From Auanema rhodensis (taxonomy: Eukaryota; Animalia; Nematoda), in assembly GCA_964057225.1 (NCBI GenBank), contig OZ059898.1, forward strand, positions 1,922,001 to 1,986,000: a stretch of DNA of 64,000 nt, read 5' to 3'. Shown piece by piece: positions 49,854 through 63,191 of this stretch (position 1 is the stretch's first letter; every line of letters starts with the position of its first letter). A program made the position numbers and the translations under genes. The notes beneath the pieces were generated by a model. The model had not been told where the DNA came from. It saw only the letters and a program-made list of their open reading frames with translations, and ran no database searches.

Positions 49854-52800
49854 ATGCGGATTTTTAAGCTGCGTCGATCTGTGTTATCAGATTTGCGCTA
49901 GCTTAAAAATGCACCGAGATATCAACTGATATAAGTTCACACTTATATCCTCGATTTTCACCCTGAAGAATTAATTTTTTCGTTGAATAACATTGTCCAT
50001 CGTCTTTGCCTTGAAAAAAGGAATCTAGAAACATCTACTTTTTGCTAAATTATTTCGAAATTTTTCGAAAAAATTTTTGTCAAAATGTTTTTGGAAGCAA
50101 TGTTGAGTGTACATGGAAACTCAACATACACTAATGCATCATTTTTCAAACGATCATAACTAATTTTTGTATTAAGCGTTTCTCAATGTAGTATAGTGCA
50201 TTCTATGCGGATTTTTAAGCTGCGTCGATCTGTGTTATCAGATTTGCGCTAGCTTAAAAATGCACCGAGATATTAACTGATATAAGTTCACACTTATATC
50301 CTCGATTTTCACCCTGAAGAATTAATTTTTTCGTTGAATAACATTGTCCATCGTCTTTGCCTTGAAAAAAGGAATCTAAAAACATCTACTTTTTGCTAAA
50401 TTATTTCGAAATTTTTCGAAAAAATTTTTGTCAAAATGTTTTTGGAAGCAATGTTGAGTGTACATGGAAACTCAACATACACTAATGCATCATTTTTCAA
50501 ACGATCATAACTAATTTTTGTATTAAGCGTTTCTCAATGTAGTATAGTGCATTCGATGCGGATTTTTAAGCTGCGTCGATCTGTGTTATCAGATTTGCGC
50601 TAGCTTAAAAATGCACCGAGATATTAACTGATATAAGTTCACACTTATATCCTCGATTTTCACCCTGAAGAATTAATTTTTTTGTTGAATAACATTGTCC
50701 ATCGTCTTTGCCTTGAAAAAAGGAATCTAAAAACATCTACTTTTTGCTAAATTATTTTGAAATTTTTCGAAAAAATTTTTGTCAAAATGTTTTTGGAAGC
50801 AATGTTGAGTGTACATGGAAACTCAACATACACTAATGCATCATTTTTCAAACGATCATAACTAATTTTTGTATTAAGCGTTTCTCAATGTAGTATAGTG
50901 CATTCGATGCGGATTTTTAAGCTGCGTCGATCTGTGTTATCAGATTTGCGCTTGCTTAAAAATGCACCGAGATATCAACTGATATAAGTTCACACTTATA
51001 TCCTCGATTTTCACCCTGAAGAATTAATTTTTTTGTTGAATAACATTGTCCATCGTCTTTGCCTTGAAAAAAGGAATCTAAAAACATCTACTTTTTGCTA
51101 AATTATTTTGAAATTTTTCGAAAAAATTTTTGTCAAAATGTTTTTGGAAGCAATGTTGAGTGTACATGGGAACTCAACATACACTAATGCATCATTTTTC
51201 AAACGATCATAACTAATTTTTGTATTAAGCGTTCCTCAATGTAGTATAGTGCATTCGATGCGGATTTTTAAGCTGCGTCGATCTGTGTTATCAGATTTGC
51301 GCTAGCTTAAAAATGCACCGAGATATCAACTGATATAAGTTCACACTTATATCCTCGATTTTCACCCTGAAGAATTAATTTTTTCGTTGAATAACATTGT
51401 CCATCGTCTTTGCCTTGAAAAAATAAATCTAAAAACATCTACTTTTTGATAAATTATTTTGAAATTTTTCGAAAAAATTTTTGTCAAAATGTTTTTGGAA
51501 GCAATGTTGAGTGTACATGGGAACTCAACATACACTAATGCATCATTTTTCAAACGATCATAACTAATTTTTGTATTAAGCGTTTTTCAATGTGGTTGAG
51601 TGCATTCGATGCGGATTTTTAAGCTGCGTCGATCTGTGTTATCAGATTTGCGCTAGCTTAAAAATGCACCGAGATATCAACTGATATAAGTTCACACTTA
51701 TATCCTCGATTTTCACCCTGAAGAATTAATTTTTTCGTTGAATAACATTGTCCATCGTCTTTGCCTTGAAAAAAGGAATCTAAAAACATCTACTTTTTGC
51801 TAAATTATTTTGAAATTTTTCGAAAAAATTTTTGTCAAAATGTTTTTGGAAGCAATGTTGAGTGTACATGGGAACTCAACATACACTAATGCATCATTTT
51901 TCAAACGATCATAACTAATTTTTGTATTAAGCGTTCCTCAATGTAGTATAGTGCATTCGATGCGGATTTTTAAGCTGCGTCGATCTGTGTTATCAGATTT
52001 GCGCTAGCTTAAAAATGCACCGAGATATCAACTGATATAAGTTCACACTTATATCCTCGATTTTCACCCTGAAGAATTAATTTTTTCGTTGAATAACATT
52101 GTCCATCGTCTTTGCCTTGAAAAAATAAATCTAAAAACATCTACTTTTTGATAAATTATTTTGAAATTTTTCGAAAAAATTTTTGTCAAAATGTTTTTGG
52201 AAGCAATGTTGAGTGTACATGGGAACTCAACATACACTAATGCATCATTTTTCAAACGATCATAACTAATTTTTGTATTAAGCGTTTTTCAATGTAGTAT
52301 AGTGCATTCGATGCGGATTTTTAAGCTGCGTCGATCTGTGTTATCAGATTTGCGTTAGCTTAAAAATGCACCGAGATATCAACTGGTATAAGTTCACACT
52401 TATATCCTCGATTTTCACCCTGAAGAATTAATTTTTTCGTTGAATAACATTGTCCATCGTCTTTGCCTTGAAAAAAGGAATTTAAAAACATCTACTTTTT
52501 GCTAAATTATTTTGAAATTTTTCGAAAAAATTTTTGTCAAAATGTTTTTGGAAGCAATGTTGAGTGTACATGGAAACTCAACATACACTAATGCATCATT
52601 TTTCAAACGATCATAACTAATTTTTGTATTAAGCGTTTTTCAATGTGGTTGAGTGCATTCGATGCGGATTTTTAAGCTGCGTCGATCTGTGTTATCAGAT
52701 TTGCGCTAGCTTAAAAATGCACCGAGATATCAACTGATATAAGTTCACACTTATATCCTCGATTTTCACCCTGAAGAATTAATTTTTTCGTTGAATAACA

Positions 52801-54767
52801 TTGTCCATCGTCTTTGCCTTGAAAAAAGGAATCTAGAAACATCTACTTTTTGCTAAATTATTTCGAAATTTTTCGAAAAAATTTTTGTCAAAATGTTTTT
52901 GGAAGCAATGTTGAGTGTACATGGAAACTCAACATACACTAATGCATCATTTTTCAAACGATCATAACTAATTTTTGTATTAAGCGTTTCTCAATGTAGT
53001 ATAGTGCATTCTATGCGGATTTTTAAGCTGCGTCGATCTGTGTTATCAGATTTGCGCTAGCTTAAAAATGCACCGAGATATTAACTGATATAAGTTCACA
53101 CTTATATCCTCGATTTTCACCCTGAAGAATTAATTTTTTCGTTGAATAACATTGTCCATCGTCTTTGCCTTGAAAAAAGGAATCTAAAAACATCTACTTT
53201 TCGCTAAATTATTTCGAAATTTTTCGAAAAAATTTTTGTCAAAATGTTTTTGGAAGCAATGTTGAGTGTACATGGAAACTCAACATACACTAATGCATCA
53301 TTTTTCAAACGATCATAACTAATTTTTGTATTAAGTGTTTCTCAATGTAGTATAGTGCATTCTATGCGGATTTTTAAGCTGCGTCGATCTGTGTTATCAG
53401 ATTTGCGCTAGCTTAAAAATGCACCGAGATATTAACTGATATAAGTTCACACTTATATCCTCGATTTTCACCCTGAAGAATTAATTTTTTCGTTGAATAA
53501 CATTGTCCATCGTCTTTGCCTTGAAAAAAGGAATCTAAAAACATCTACTTTTCGCTAAATTATTTCGAAATTTTTCGAAAAAATTTTTGTCAAAATGTTT
53601 TTGGAAGCAATGTTGAGTGTACATGGAAACTCAACATACACTAATGCATCATTTTTCAAACGATCATAACTAATTTTTGTATTAAGCGTTTCTCAATGTA
53701 GTATAGTGCATTCGATGCGGATTTTTAAGCTGCGTCGATCTGTGTTATCAGATTTGCGCTTGCTTAAAAATGCACCGAGATATCAACTGATATAAGTTCA
53801 CACTTATATCCTCGATTTTCACCCTGAAGAATTAATTTTTTTGTTGAATAACATTGTCCATCGTCTTTGCCTTGAAAAAAGGAATCTAAAAACATCTACT
53901 TTTTGCTAAATTATTTTGAAATTTTTCGAAAAAATTTTTGTCAAAATGTTTTTGGAAGCAATGTTGAGTGTACATGGGAACTCAACATACACTAATGCAT
54001 CATTTTTCAAACGATCATAACTAATTTTTGTATTAAGCGTTCCTCAATGTAGTATAGTGCATTCGATGCGGATTTTTAAGCTGCGTCGATCTGTGTTATC
54101 AGATTTGCGCTAGCTTAAAAATGCACCGAGATATCAACTGATATAAGTTCACACTTATATCCTCGATTTTCACCCTGAAGAATTAATTTTTTCGTTGAAT
54201 AACATTGTCCATCGTCTTTGCCTTGAAAAAATAAATCTAAAAACATCTACTTTTTGATAAATTATTTTGAAATTTTTCGAAAAAATTTTTGTCAAAATGT
54301 TTTTGGAAGCAATGTTGAGTGTACATGGGAACTCAACATACACTAATGCATCATTTTTCAAACGATCATAACTAATTTTTGTATTAAGCGTTTTTCAATG
54401 TAGTATAGTGCATTCGATGCGGATTTTTAAGCTGCGTCGATCTGTGTTATCAGATTTGCGTTAGCTTAAAAATGCACCGAGATATCAACTGGTATAAGTT
54501 CACACTTATATCCTCGATTTTCACCCTGAAGAATTAATTTTTTCGTTGAATAACATTGTCCATCGTCTTTGCCTTGAAAAAAGGAATTTAAAAACATCTA
54601 CTTTTTGCTAAATTATTTTGAAATTTTTCGAAAAAATTTTTGTCAAAATGTTTTTGGAAGCAATGTTGAGTGTACATGGAAACTCAACATACACTAATGC
54701 ATCATTTTTCAAACGATCATAACTAATTTTTGTATTAAGCGTTTTTCAATGTGGTTGAGTGCATTCG
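49854..54767 (+). repeat. Duplicated block at 2808-bp offset with copy-specific internal expansions
   Basis: TCTAGA+TTCTATG monomers at 49854 and 52662, CGCTTGCT at 50907 and 53715, AAATAAAT at 51258, 51960 and 54066, and CGTTAGCT at 52311 and 54417. Confidence 0.75.
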
Positions 54768-57350
54768 ATGCGGATTTTTAAGCTGCGTCGATCTGTGTTA
54801 TCAGATTTGCGCTAGCTTAAAAATGCACCGAGATATCAACTGGTATAAGTTCACACTTATATCCTCGATTTTCACCCTGAAGAATTAATTTTTTCGTTGA
54901 ATAACATTGTCCATCGTTTTTGCCTTGAAAAAAGGAATCTAAAAACATCTACTTTTTGCCAAATTATTTTGAAATTTTTCGAAAAAATTTTTGTCAAAAT
55001 GTTTTTGGAAGCAATGTTGAGTGTACATGGAAACTCAACATACACTAATGCATCATTTTTCAAACGATCATTACTAATTTTTGTATTAAGCGTTTCTCAA
55101 TGTAGTATAGTGCATTCGATGCGGATTTTTAAGCTGCGTCGATCTGTGTTATCAGATTTGCGCTAGCTTAAAAATGCACCGAGATATCAACTGGTATAAG
55201 TTCACACTTATATCCTCGATTCTCACCCTGAAGAATTAATTTTTTCGTTGAATAACATTGTCCATCGTCTTTGCCTTGAAAAAAGAAATCTAAAAACATC
55301 TACTTTTTGCTAAATTATTTCGAAATTTTTCGAAAAAATTTTTGTCAAAATGTTTTTGGAAGCAATGTTGAGTGTACATGGAAACTCAACATACACTAAT
55401 GCATCATTTTTCAAACGATCATAACTAATTTTTGTATTAAGCGTTTCTCAATGTAGTATAGTGCATTCGATGCGGAATTTTAAGCTGCGTCGATCTGTGT
55501 TATCAGATTTGCGCTAGCTTAAAAATGCACCGAGATATTAACTGATATAAGTTCACACTTATATCCTCGATTTTCACCCTGAAGAATTAATTTTTTCGTT
55601 GAATAACATTGTCCATCGTCTTTGCCTTGAAAAAAGGAATCTAAAAACATCTACTTTTTGCTAAATTATTTTGAAATTTTTCGAAAAAATTTTTGTCAAA
55701 ATGTTTTTGGAAGCAATGTTGAGTGTACATGGAAACTCAACATACACTAATGCATCATTTTTCAAACGATCATAACTAATTTTTGTATCAAGCATTTCTC
55801 AATGTAGTATAGTGCATTCGATGCGGATTTTTAAGCTGCGTCGATCTGTGTTATCAGATTTGCGCTAGCTTAAAAATGCACCGAGATATCAACTGATATA
55901 AGTTCACACTTATATCCTCGATTTTCACCCTGGAGAATTAATTTTTTCGTTGAATAACATTGTCCATCGTCTTTGCCTTGAAAAAAGGAATTTAAAAACA
56001 TCTACTTTTTGCTAAATTATTTTGAAATTTTTCGAAAAAATTTTTGTCAAAATGTTTTTGGAAGCAATGTTGAGTGTACATGGAAACTCAACATACACTA
56101 ATGCATCATTTTTCAAACGATCATAACTAATTTTTGTATTAAGCGTTTTTCAATGTGGTTGAGTGCATTCGATGCGGATTTTTAAGCTGCGTCGATCTGT
56201 GTTATCAGATTTGCGCTAGCTTAAAAATGCACCGAGATATCAACTGGTATAAGTTCACACTTATATCCTCGATTTTCACCCTGAAGAATTAATTTTTTCG
56301 TTGAATAACATTGTCCATCGTTTTTGCCTTGAAAAAAGGAATCTAAAAACATCTACTTTTTGCCAAATTATTTTGAAATTTTTCGAAAAAATTTTTGTCA
56401 AAATGTTTTTGGAAGCAATGTTGAGTGTACATGGAAACTCAACATACACTAATGCATCATTTTTCAAACGATCATTACTAATTTTTGTATTAAGCGTTTC
56501 TCAATGTAGTATAGTGCATTCGATGCGGATTTTTAAGCTGCGTCGATCTGTGTTATCAGATTTGCGCTAGCTTAAAAATGCACCGAGATATCAACTGGTA
56601 TAAGTTCACACTTATATCCTCGATTCTCACCCTGAAGAATTAATTTTTTCGTTGAATAACATTGTCCATCGTCTTTGCCTTGAAAAAAGAAATCTAAAAA
56701 CATCTACTTTTTGCTAAATTATTTCGAAATTTTTCGAAAAAATTTTTGTCAAAATGTTTTTGGAAGCAATGTTGAGTGTACATGGAAACTCAACATACAC
56801 TAATGCATCATTTTTCAAACGATCATAACTAATTTTTGTATTAAGCGTTTCTCAATGTAGTATAGTGCATTCGATGCGGAATTTTAAGCTGCGTCGATCT
56901 GTGTTATCAGATTTGCGCTAGCTTAAAAATGCACCGAGATATTAACTGATATAAGTTCACACTTATATCCTCGATTTTCACCCTGAAGAATTAATTTTTT
57001 CGTTGAATAACATTGTCCATCGTCTTTGCCTTGAAAAAAGGAATCTAAAAACATCTACTTTTTGCTAAATTATTTTGAAATTTTTCGAAAAAATTTTTGT
57101 CAAAATGTTTTTGGAAGCAATGTTGAGTGTACATGGAAACTCAACATACACTAATGCATCATTTTTCAAACGATCATAACTAATTTTTGTATCAAGCATT
57201 TCTCAATGTAGTATAGTGCATTCGATGCGGATTTTTAAGCTGCGTCGATCTGTGTTATCAGATTTGCGCTAGCTTAAAAATGCACCGAGATATCAACTGA
57301 TATAAGTTCACACTTATATCCTCGATTTTCACCCTGGAGAATTAATTTTT
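54550..57350 (+). repeat. 4-mer HOR, 2 copies, related to the 39-46 kb HOR (boundaries approximate)
   Basis: ORFs at 54872 and 56276 are 1404 apart. Markers GTGGTTGAG, GCCAAA, GATTCTC, CGGAATTT and CTGGAG each repeat at +1404. Confidence 0.85.
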
Positions 57351-59259
57351 TCGTTGAATAACATTGTCCATCGTCTTTGCCTTGAAAAAAGGAATCTAAA
57401 AACATCTACTTTTTGCTAAATTATTTCGAAATTTTTCGAAAAAATTTTTGTCAAAATGTTTTTGGAAGCAATGTTGAGTGTACATGGAAACTCAACATAC
57501 ACTAATGCATCATTTTTCAAACGATCATAACTAATTTTTGTATTAAGCGTTTCTCAATGTAGTATAGTGCATTCGATGCGGATTTTTAAGCTGCGTCGAT
57601 CTGTGTTATCAGATTTGCGCTAGCTTAAAAATGCACCGAGATATTAACTGGTATAAGTTCACACTTATATCCTCGATTTTCACCCTGAAGAATTAATTTT
57701 TTCGTTGAATAACATTGTCCATCGTTTTTGCCTTGAAAAAAGGAATCTAAAAACATCTACTTTTTGCTAAATTATTTTGAAATTTTTCGAAAAAATTTTT
57801 GTCAAAATGTTTTTGGAAGCAATGTTGAGTGTACATGGAAACTCAACATACACTAATGCATCATTTTTCAAACGATCATAACTAATTTTTGTATTAAGCG
57901 TTTCTCAATGTAGTATAGTGCATTCGATGCGGATTTTTAAGCTGCGTCGATCTGTGTTATCAGATTTGCGCTAGCTTAAAAATGCACCGAGATATTAACT
58001 GATATAAGTTCACACTTATATCCTCGATTTTCACCCTGAAGAATTAATTTTTTCGTTGAATAACATTGTCCATCGTCTTTGCCTTGAAAAAAGGAATCTA
58101 AAAACATCTACTTTTTGCTAAATTATTCTGAAATTTTTCGAAAAAATTTTTGTCAAAATGTTTTTGGAAGCAATGTTGAGTGTACATGGAAACTCAACAT
58201 ACACTAATGCATCATTTTTCAAACGATCATAACTAATTTTTGTATCAAGCATTTCTCAATGTAGTATAGTGCATTCGATGCGGATTTTTAAGCTGCGTCG
58301 ATCTGTGTTATCAGATTTGCGCTAGCTTAAAAATGCACCGAGATATCAACTGATATAAGTTCACACTTATATCCTCGATTTTCACCCTGAAGAATTAATT
58401 TTTTCGTTGAATAACATTGTCCATCGTCTTTGCCTTGAAAAAAGGAATCTAAAAACATCTACTTTTTGCTAAATTATTTCGAAATTTTTCGAAAAAATTT
58501 TTGTCAAAATGTTTTTGGAAGCAATGTTGAGTGTACATGGAAACTCAACATACACTAATGCATCATTTTTCAAACGATCATAACTAATTTTTGTATTAAG
58601 CGTTTCTCAATGTAGTATAGTGCATTCGATGCGGATTTTTAAGCTGCGTCGATCTGTGTTATCAGATTTGCGCTAGCTTAAAAATGCACCGAGATATTAA
58701 CTGGTATAAGTTCACACTTATATCCTCGATTTTCACCCTGAAGAATTAATTTTTTCGTTGAATAACATTGTCCATCGTTTTTGCCTTGAAAAAAGGAATC
58801 TAAAAACATCTACTTTTTGCTAAATTATTTTGAAATTTTTCGAAAAAATTTTTGTCAAAATGTTTTTGGAAGCAATGTTGAGTGTACATGGAAACTCAAC
58901 ATACACTAATGCATCATTTTTCAAACGATCATAACTAATTTTTGTATTAAGCGTTTTTCAATGTAGTATAGTGCATTCGATGCGGATTTTTAAGCTGCGT
59001 CGATCTGTGTTATCAGATTTGCGCTAGCTTAAAAATGCACCGAGATATCAACTGGTATAAGTTCACACTTATATCCTCGATTCTCACCCTGAAGAATTAA
59101 TTTTTTCGTTGAATAACATTGTCCATCGACTTTGCCTTGAAAAAAGGAATCTAAAAACATCTACTTTTTGCTAAATTATCTTGAAATTTTTCGAAAAAAT
59201 TTTTGTCAAAATGTTTTTGGAAGCAATGTTGAGTGTACATGGAAACTCAACATACACTA

Positions 59260-62200
59260 ATGCATCATTTTTCAAACGATCATAACTAATTTTTGTATTA
59301 AGTGTTTCTCAATGTAGTATAATGCATTCGATGCGGATTTTTAAGCTGCGTCGATCTGTGTTATCAGATTTGCGCTAGCTTAAAAATGCACCGAGATATC
59401 AACTGATATAAGTTCACACTTATATCCTCGATTTTCACCCTGAAGAATTAATTTTTTCGTTGAATAACATTGTCCATCGTCTTTGCCTTGAAAAAAGGAA
59501 TCTAAAAACATCTACTTTTTGCTAAATTATTTTGAAATTTTTCGAAAAAATTTTTGTCAAAATGTTTTTGGAAGCAATGTTGAGTGTACATGGAAACTCA
59601 ACATACACTAATGCATCATTTTTCAAACGATCATTACTAATTTTTGTATTAAGCATTTCTCAATGTAGTATAGTGCATTCGATGCGGATTTTTAAGCTGC
59701 GTCGATCTGTGTTATCAGATTTGCGCTAGCTTAAAAATGCACCGAGATATCAACTGATATAAGTTCACACTTATATCCTCGATTTTCACCCTGAAGAATT
59801 AATTTTTTCGTTGAATAACATTGTCCATCGTCTTTGCCTTGAAAAAAGAAATCTAAAAACATCTACTTTTTGCTAAATTATCTTGAAATTTTTCGAAAAA
59901 ATTTTTGTCAAAATGTTTTTGGAAGCAATGTTGAGTGTACATGGAAACTCAACATACACTAATGCATCATTTTTCAAACGATCATAACTAATTTTTGTAT
60001 TAAGCATTTCTCAATGTAGTATAGTGCATTCGATGCGGATTTTTAAGCTGCGTCGATCTGTGTTATCAGATTTGCGCTAGCTTAAAAATGCACCGAGATA
60101 TCAACTGATATAAGTTCACACTTATATCCTCGATTTTCACCCTGAAGAATTAATTTTTTCGTTGAATAACATTGTCCATCGTCTTTGCCTTGAAAAAAGG
60201 AATCTAAAAACATCTACTTTTTGCTAAATTATTTCGAAATTTTTCGAAAAAATTTTTGTCAAAATGTTTTTGGAAGCAATGTTGAGTGTACATGGAAACT
60301 CAACATACACTAATGCATCATTTTTCAAACGATCATAACTAATTTTTGTATTAAGCGTTTCTCAATGTAGTATAGTGCATTCGATGCGGATTTTTAAGTT
60401 GCGTCGATCTGTGTTATCAGATTTGCGCTAGCTTAAAAATGCACCGAGATATTAACTGATATAAGTTCACACTTATATCCTCGATTTTCACCCTGAAGAA
60501 TTAATTTTTTCGTTGAATAACATTGTCCATCGTCTTTGCCTTGAAAAAAGGAATCTAAAAACATCTACTTTTTGCTAAATTATTTTGAAATTTTTCGAAA
60601 AAATTTTTGTCAAAATGTTTTTGGAAGCAATGTTGAGTGTACATGGAAACTCAACATACACTAATGCATCATTTTTCAAACGATCATAACTAATTTTTGT
60701 ATTAAGCATTTCTCAATGTAGTATAGTGCATTCGATGCGGATTTTTAAGCTGCGTCGATCTGTGTTATCAGATTTGCGCTAGCTTAAAAATGCACCGAGA
60801 TATCAACTGATATAAGTTCACACTTATATCCTCGATTTTCACCCTGAAGAATTAATTTTTTCGTTGAATAACATTGTCCATCGTCTTTGCCTTGAAAAAA
60901 GGAATCTAAAAACATCTACTTTTTGCTAAATTATTTCGAAATTTTTCGAAAAAATTTTTGTCAAAATGTTTTTGGAAGCAATGTTGAGTGTACATGGGAA
61001 CTCAACATACACTAATGCATCATTTTTCAAACGATCATAACTAATTTTTGTATTAAGTGTTTCTCAATGTAGTATAATGCATTCGATGCGGATTTTTAAG
61101 CTGCGTCGATCTGTGTTATCAGATTTGCGCTAGCTTAAAAATGCACCGAGATATCAACTGATATAAGTTCACACTTATATCCTCGATTTTCACCCTGAAG
61201 AATTAATTTTTTCGTTGAATAACATTGTCCATCGTCTTTGCCTTGAAAAAAGGAATCTAAAAACATCTACTTTTTGCTAAATTATTTTGAAATTTTTCGA
61301 AAAAATTTTTGTCAAAATGTTTTTGGAAGCAATGTTGAGTGTACATGGAAACTCAACATACACTAATGCATCATTTTTCAAACGATCATTACTAATTTTT
61401 GTATTAAGCATTTCTCAATGTAGTATAGTGCATTCGATGCGGATTTTTAAGCTGCGTCGATCTGTGTTATCAGATTTGCGCTAGCTTAAAAATGCACCGA
61501 GATATCAACTGATATAAGTTCACACTTATATCCTCGATTTTCACCCTGAAGAATTAATTTTTTCGTTGAATAACATTGTCCATCGTCTTTGCCTTGAAAA
61601 AAGAAATCTAAAAACATCTACTTTTTGCTAAATTATCTTGAAATTTTTCGAAAAAATTTTTGTCAAAATGTTTTTGGAAGCAATGTTGAGTGTACATGGA
61701 AACTCAACATACACTAATGCATCATTTTTCAAACGATCATAACTAATTTTTGTATTAAGCATTTCTCAATGTAGTATAGTGCATTCGATGCGGATTTTTA
61801 AGCTGCGTCGATCTGTGTTATCAGATTTGCGCTAGCTTAAAAATGCACCGAGATATCAACTGATATAAGTTCACACTTATATCCTCGATTTTCACCCTGA
61901 AGAATTAATTTTTTCGTTGAATAACATTGTCCATCGTCTTTGCCTTGAAAAAAGGAATCTAAAAACATCTACTTTTTGCTAAATTATTTCGAAATTTTTC
62001 GAAAAAATTTTTGTCAAAATGTTTTTGGAAGCAATGTTGAGTGTACATGGAAACTCAACATACACTAATGCATCATTTTTCAAACGATCATAACTAATTT
62101 TTGTATTAAGCGTTTCTCAATGTAGTATAGTGCATTCGATGCGGATTTTTAAGTTGCGTCGATCTGTGTTATCAGATTTGCGCTAGCTTAAAAATGCACC

Positions 62201-62750
62201 GAGATATTAACTGATATAAGTTCACACTTATATCCTCGATTTTCACCCTGAAGAATTAATTTTTTCGTTGAATAACATTGTCCATCGTCTTTGCCTTGAA
62301 AAAAGGAATCTAAAAACATCTACTTTTTGCTAAATTATTTTGAAATTTTTCGAAAAAATTTTTGTCAAAATGTTTTTGGAAGCAATGTTGAGTGTACATG
62401 GAAACTCAACATACACTAATGCATCATTTTTCAAACGATCATAACTAATTTTTGTATTAAGCATTTCTCAATGTAGTATAGTGCATTCGATGCGGATTTT
62501 TAAGCTGCGTCGATCTGTGTTATCAGATTTGCGCTAGCTTAAAAATGCACCGAGATATCAACTGATATAAGTTCACACTTATATCCTCGATTTTCACCCT
62601 GAAGAATTAATTTTTTCGTTGAATAACATTGTCCATCGTCTTTGCCTTGAAAAAAGGAATCTAAAAACATCTACTTTTTGCTAAATTATTTCGAAATTTT
62701 TCGAAAAAATTTTTGTCAAAATGTTTTTGGAAGCAATGTTGAGTGTACAT
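59260..62750 (+). repeat. 5-mer duplication (1755 bp), 2 copies (boundaries approximate)
   Basis: ORFs at 59532 and 61287 are 1755 apart. Markers AGTGT+ATAATGC, CATTA+AGCAT, AGAAA+TATCTT and AAGTTG repeat at +1755. Confidence 0.85.
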
Positions 62751-63191
62751 GGAAACTCAACATACACTAATGCATCATTTTTCAAACGATCATAACTAAT
62801 TTTTGTATTAAGCGTTTCTCAATGTAGTATAGTGCATTCGATGCGGATTTTTAAGCTGCGTCGATCTGTGTTATCAGATTTGCGCTAGCTTAAAAATGCA
62901 CCGAGATATCAACTGATATAAGTTCACACTTATATCCTCGATTTTCACCCTGAAGAATTAATTTTTTCGTTGAATAACATTGTCCATCGTCTTTGCCTTG
63001 AAAAAAGGAATCTAAAAACATCTACTTTTTGCTAAATTATTTCGAAATTTTTCGAAAAAATTTTTGTCAAAATGTTTTTGGAAGCAATGTTGAGTGTACA
63101 TGGAAACTCAACATACACTAATGCATCATTTTTCAAACGATCATTACTAATTTTTGTATTAAGCATTTCTCAATGTAGTATAGTGCATTCG

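Noticed and set aside
456-56467. Repeated 63-aa minus-strand ORF (MKNDALVYVEF...)
   Set aside because: It appears only in monomers where GCTA becomes GATA or GCCA, removing a TAG. It is broken in most copies, its K/F/I/N-rich composition reflects A/T tracts, and it has no recognisable domain.
19514-61484. 65-aa and 89-aa plus-strand ORFs
   Set aside because: They start at TTG, are opened by CATAA to CAAAA/CATTA and GCTAA to GCCAA variants, overlap the minus-strand ORF, and follow the HOR lattice. They are markers of variants, not genes.
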